Virus record (IMG/VR): IMGVR_UViG_3300030390_001550
Coordinates: 1 to 64,000 of that record
From: a virus
Direction: 5' to 3' (one strand)
DNA length: 64,000 bases
Under the pieces are notes generated by a model. That model made no database searches. It was not told the origin of the DNA and was given only the letters and a program-made list of their open reading frames with translations. Shown one piece after another: positions 63,652-64,000 of this stretch; within the stretch, counting starts at the first letter, position 1; every line of letters starts with the position of its first letter. The translations under genes were made by a program, and so were the position numbers.

Positions 63652-64000
63652 TATTTACTTCTCCAATTTGTATACGTCAATGATAGACTTACTTCAACAA
63701 GCCCATCTAATTCATTAGTTAATTCAATTGAACCCAAAGTAGTTGGAAACGCTCTTTCAAGTACACATGTATATACTTTTTTTGATAAATGCATACTAAC
63801 TCCACCTGGAACAACAAGTGGGTTGTCCGTATAATGTGTTTCTCTATTATCGTGTGCGAGTTGATGTATTACGACTTCTTTGCCATATCCATTTGGCCCA
63901 TACTTATAGCCCAACTCATAAGTATCATTATCTACTGCTAGATTCATCCAACTTTCAATATACTTTTTTATGTTATAATCATTAGTTACATAAAACGATA
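63651..64000 (-). CDS. Tail tube/baseplate (gp19/gp54-like) protein, 5'-truncated by window
   Basis: Frame open to edge (FYVTNDY..K...E.W); AFPT....I.L.....V...Y..W. Confidence 0.75.
   Translation of the reverse strand, partial: SFYVTNDYNIKKYIESWMNLAVDNDTYELGYKYGPNGYGKEVVIHQLAHDNRETHYTDNPLVVPGGVSMHLSKKVYTCVLERAFPTTLGSIELTNELDGLVEVSLSLTYTNWRSK

Overview
AT-rich (roughly one-third GC by eye) segment of a large T4-like (Tevenvirinae/Kyanoviridae-type) myovirus genome, standard genetic code. The host is most likely a marine Alphaproteobacterium, inferred from a Roseobacter/SAR-type BMP binding protein and conserved GANTC sites in promoters. Layout: early small-ORF arrays driven by repeated sigma70 promoter-leader cassettes (about 1-6.8 kb, 42.5-45 kb, 51-57.4 kb); a late block of putative capsid-packaged internal proteins and polyproteins plus spanins (6.9-17.9 kb); class Id-like RNR, nucleases, RNase H, PhoH, glutaredoxin and a GH19 endolysin (18-26.8 kb); two SPRY-type fibre proteins; a glycosyl/sulfo/methyl-transferase island with embedded host-like genes (30-42.4 kb); tRNAs; guaC; gp33 and gp32; and a minus-strand tail module (tape measure, gp51, gp26, tube-like). 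Top observation: a class II aminoacyl-tRNA-synthetase catalytic domain lacking an anticodon-binding domain sits 9 nt upstream of a 111-nt non-canonical tRNA. That tRNA has Asn identity elements (U1-A72, GUU, G73), a Leu-type D-arm, U37 and a very long variable arm, making the pair a candidate phage mini-synthetase/tRNA system. Other highlights: a pseudoknotted ncRNA after tRNA-Arg, two GANTC-bearing antisense promoters aimed at late blocks, a probable -1 frameshift fusing gp26 to gp51, and a modular packaged-protein cluster with ligase-like, nucleotidyltransferase and kinase enzymes. All family assignments come from motif recognition only; no searches were run.
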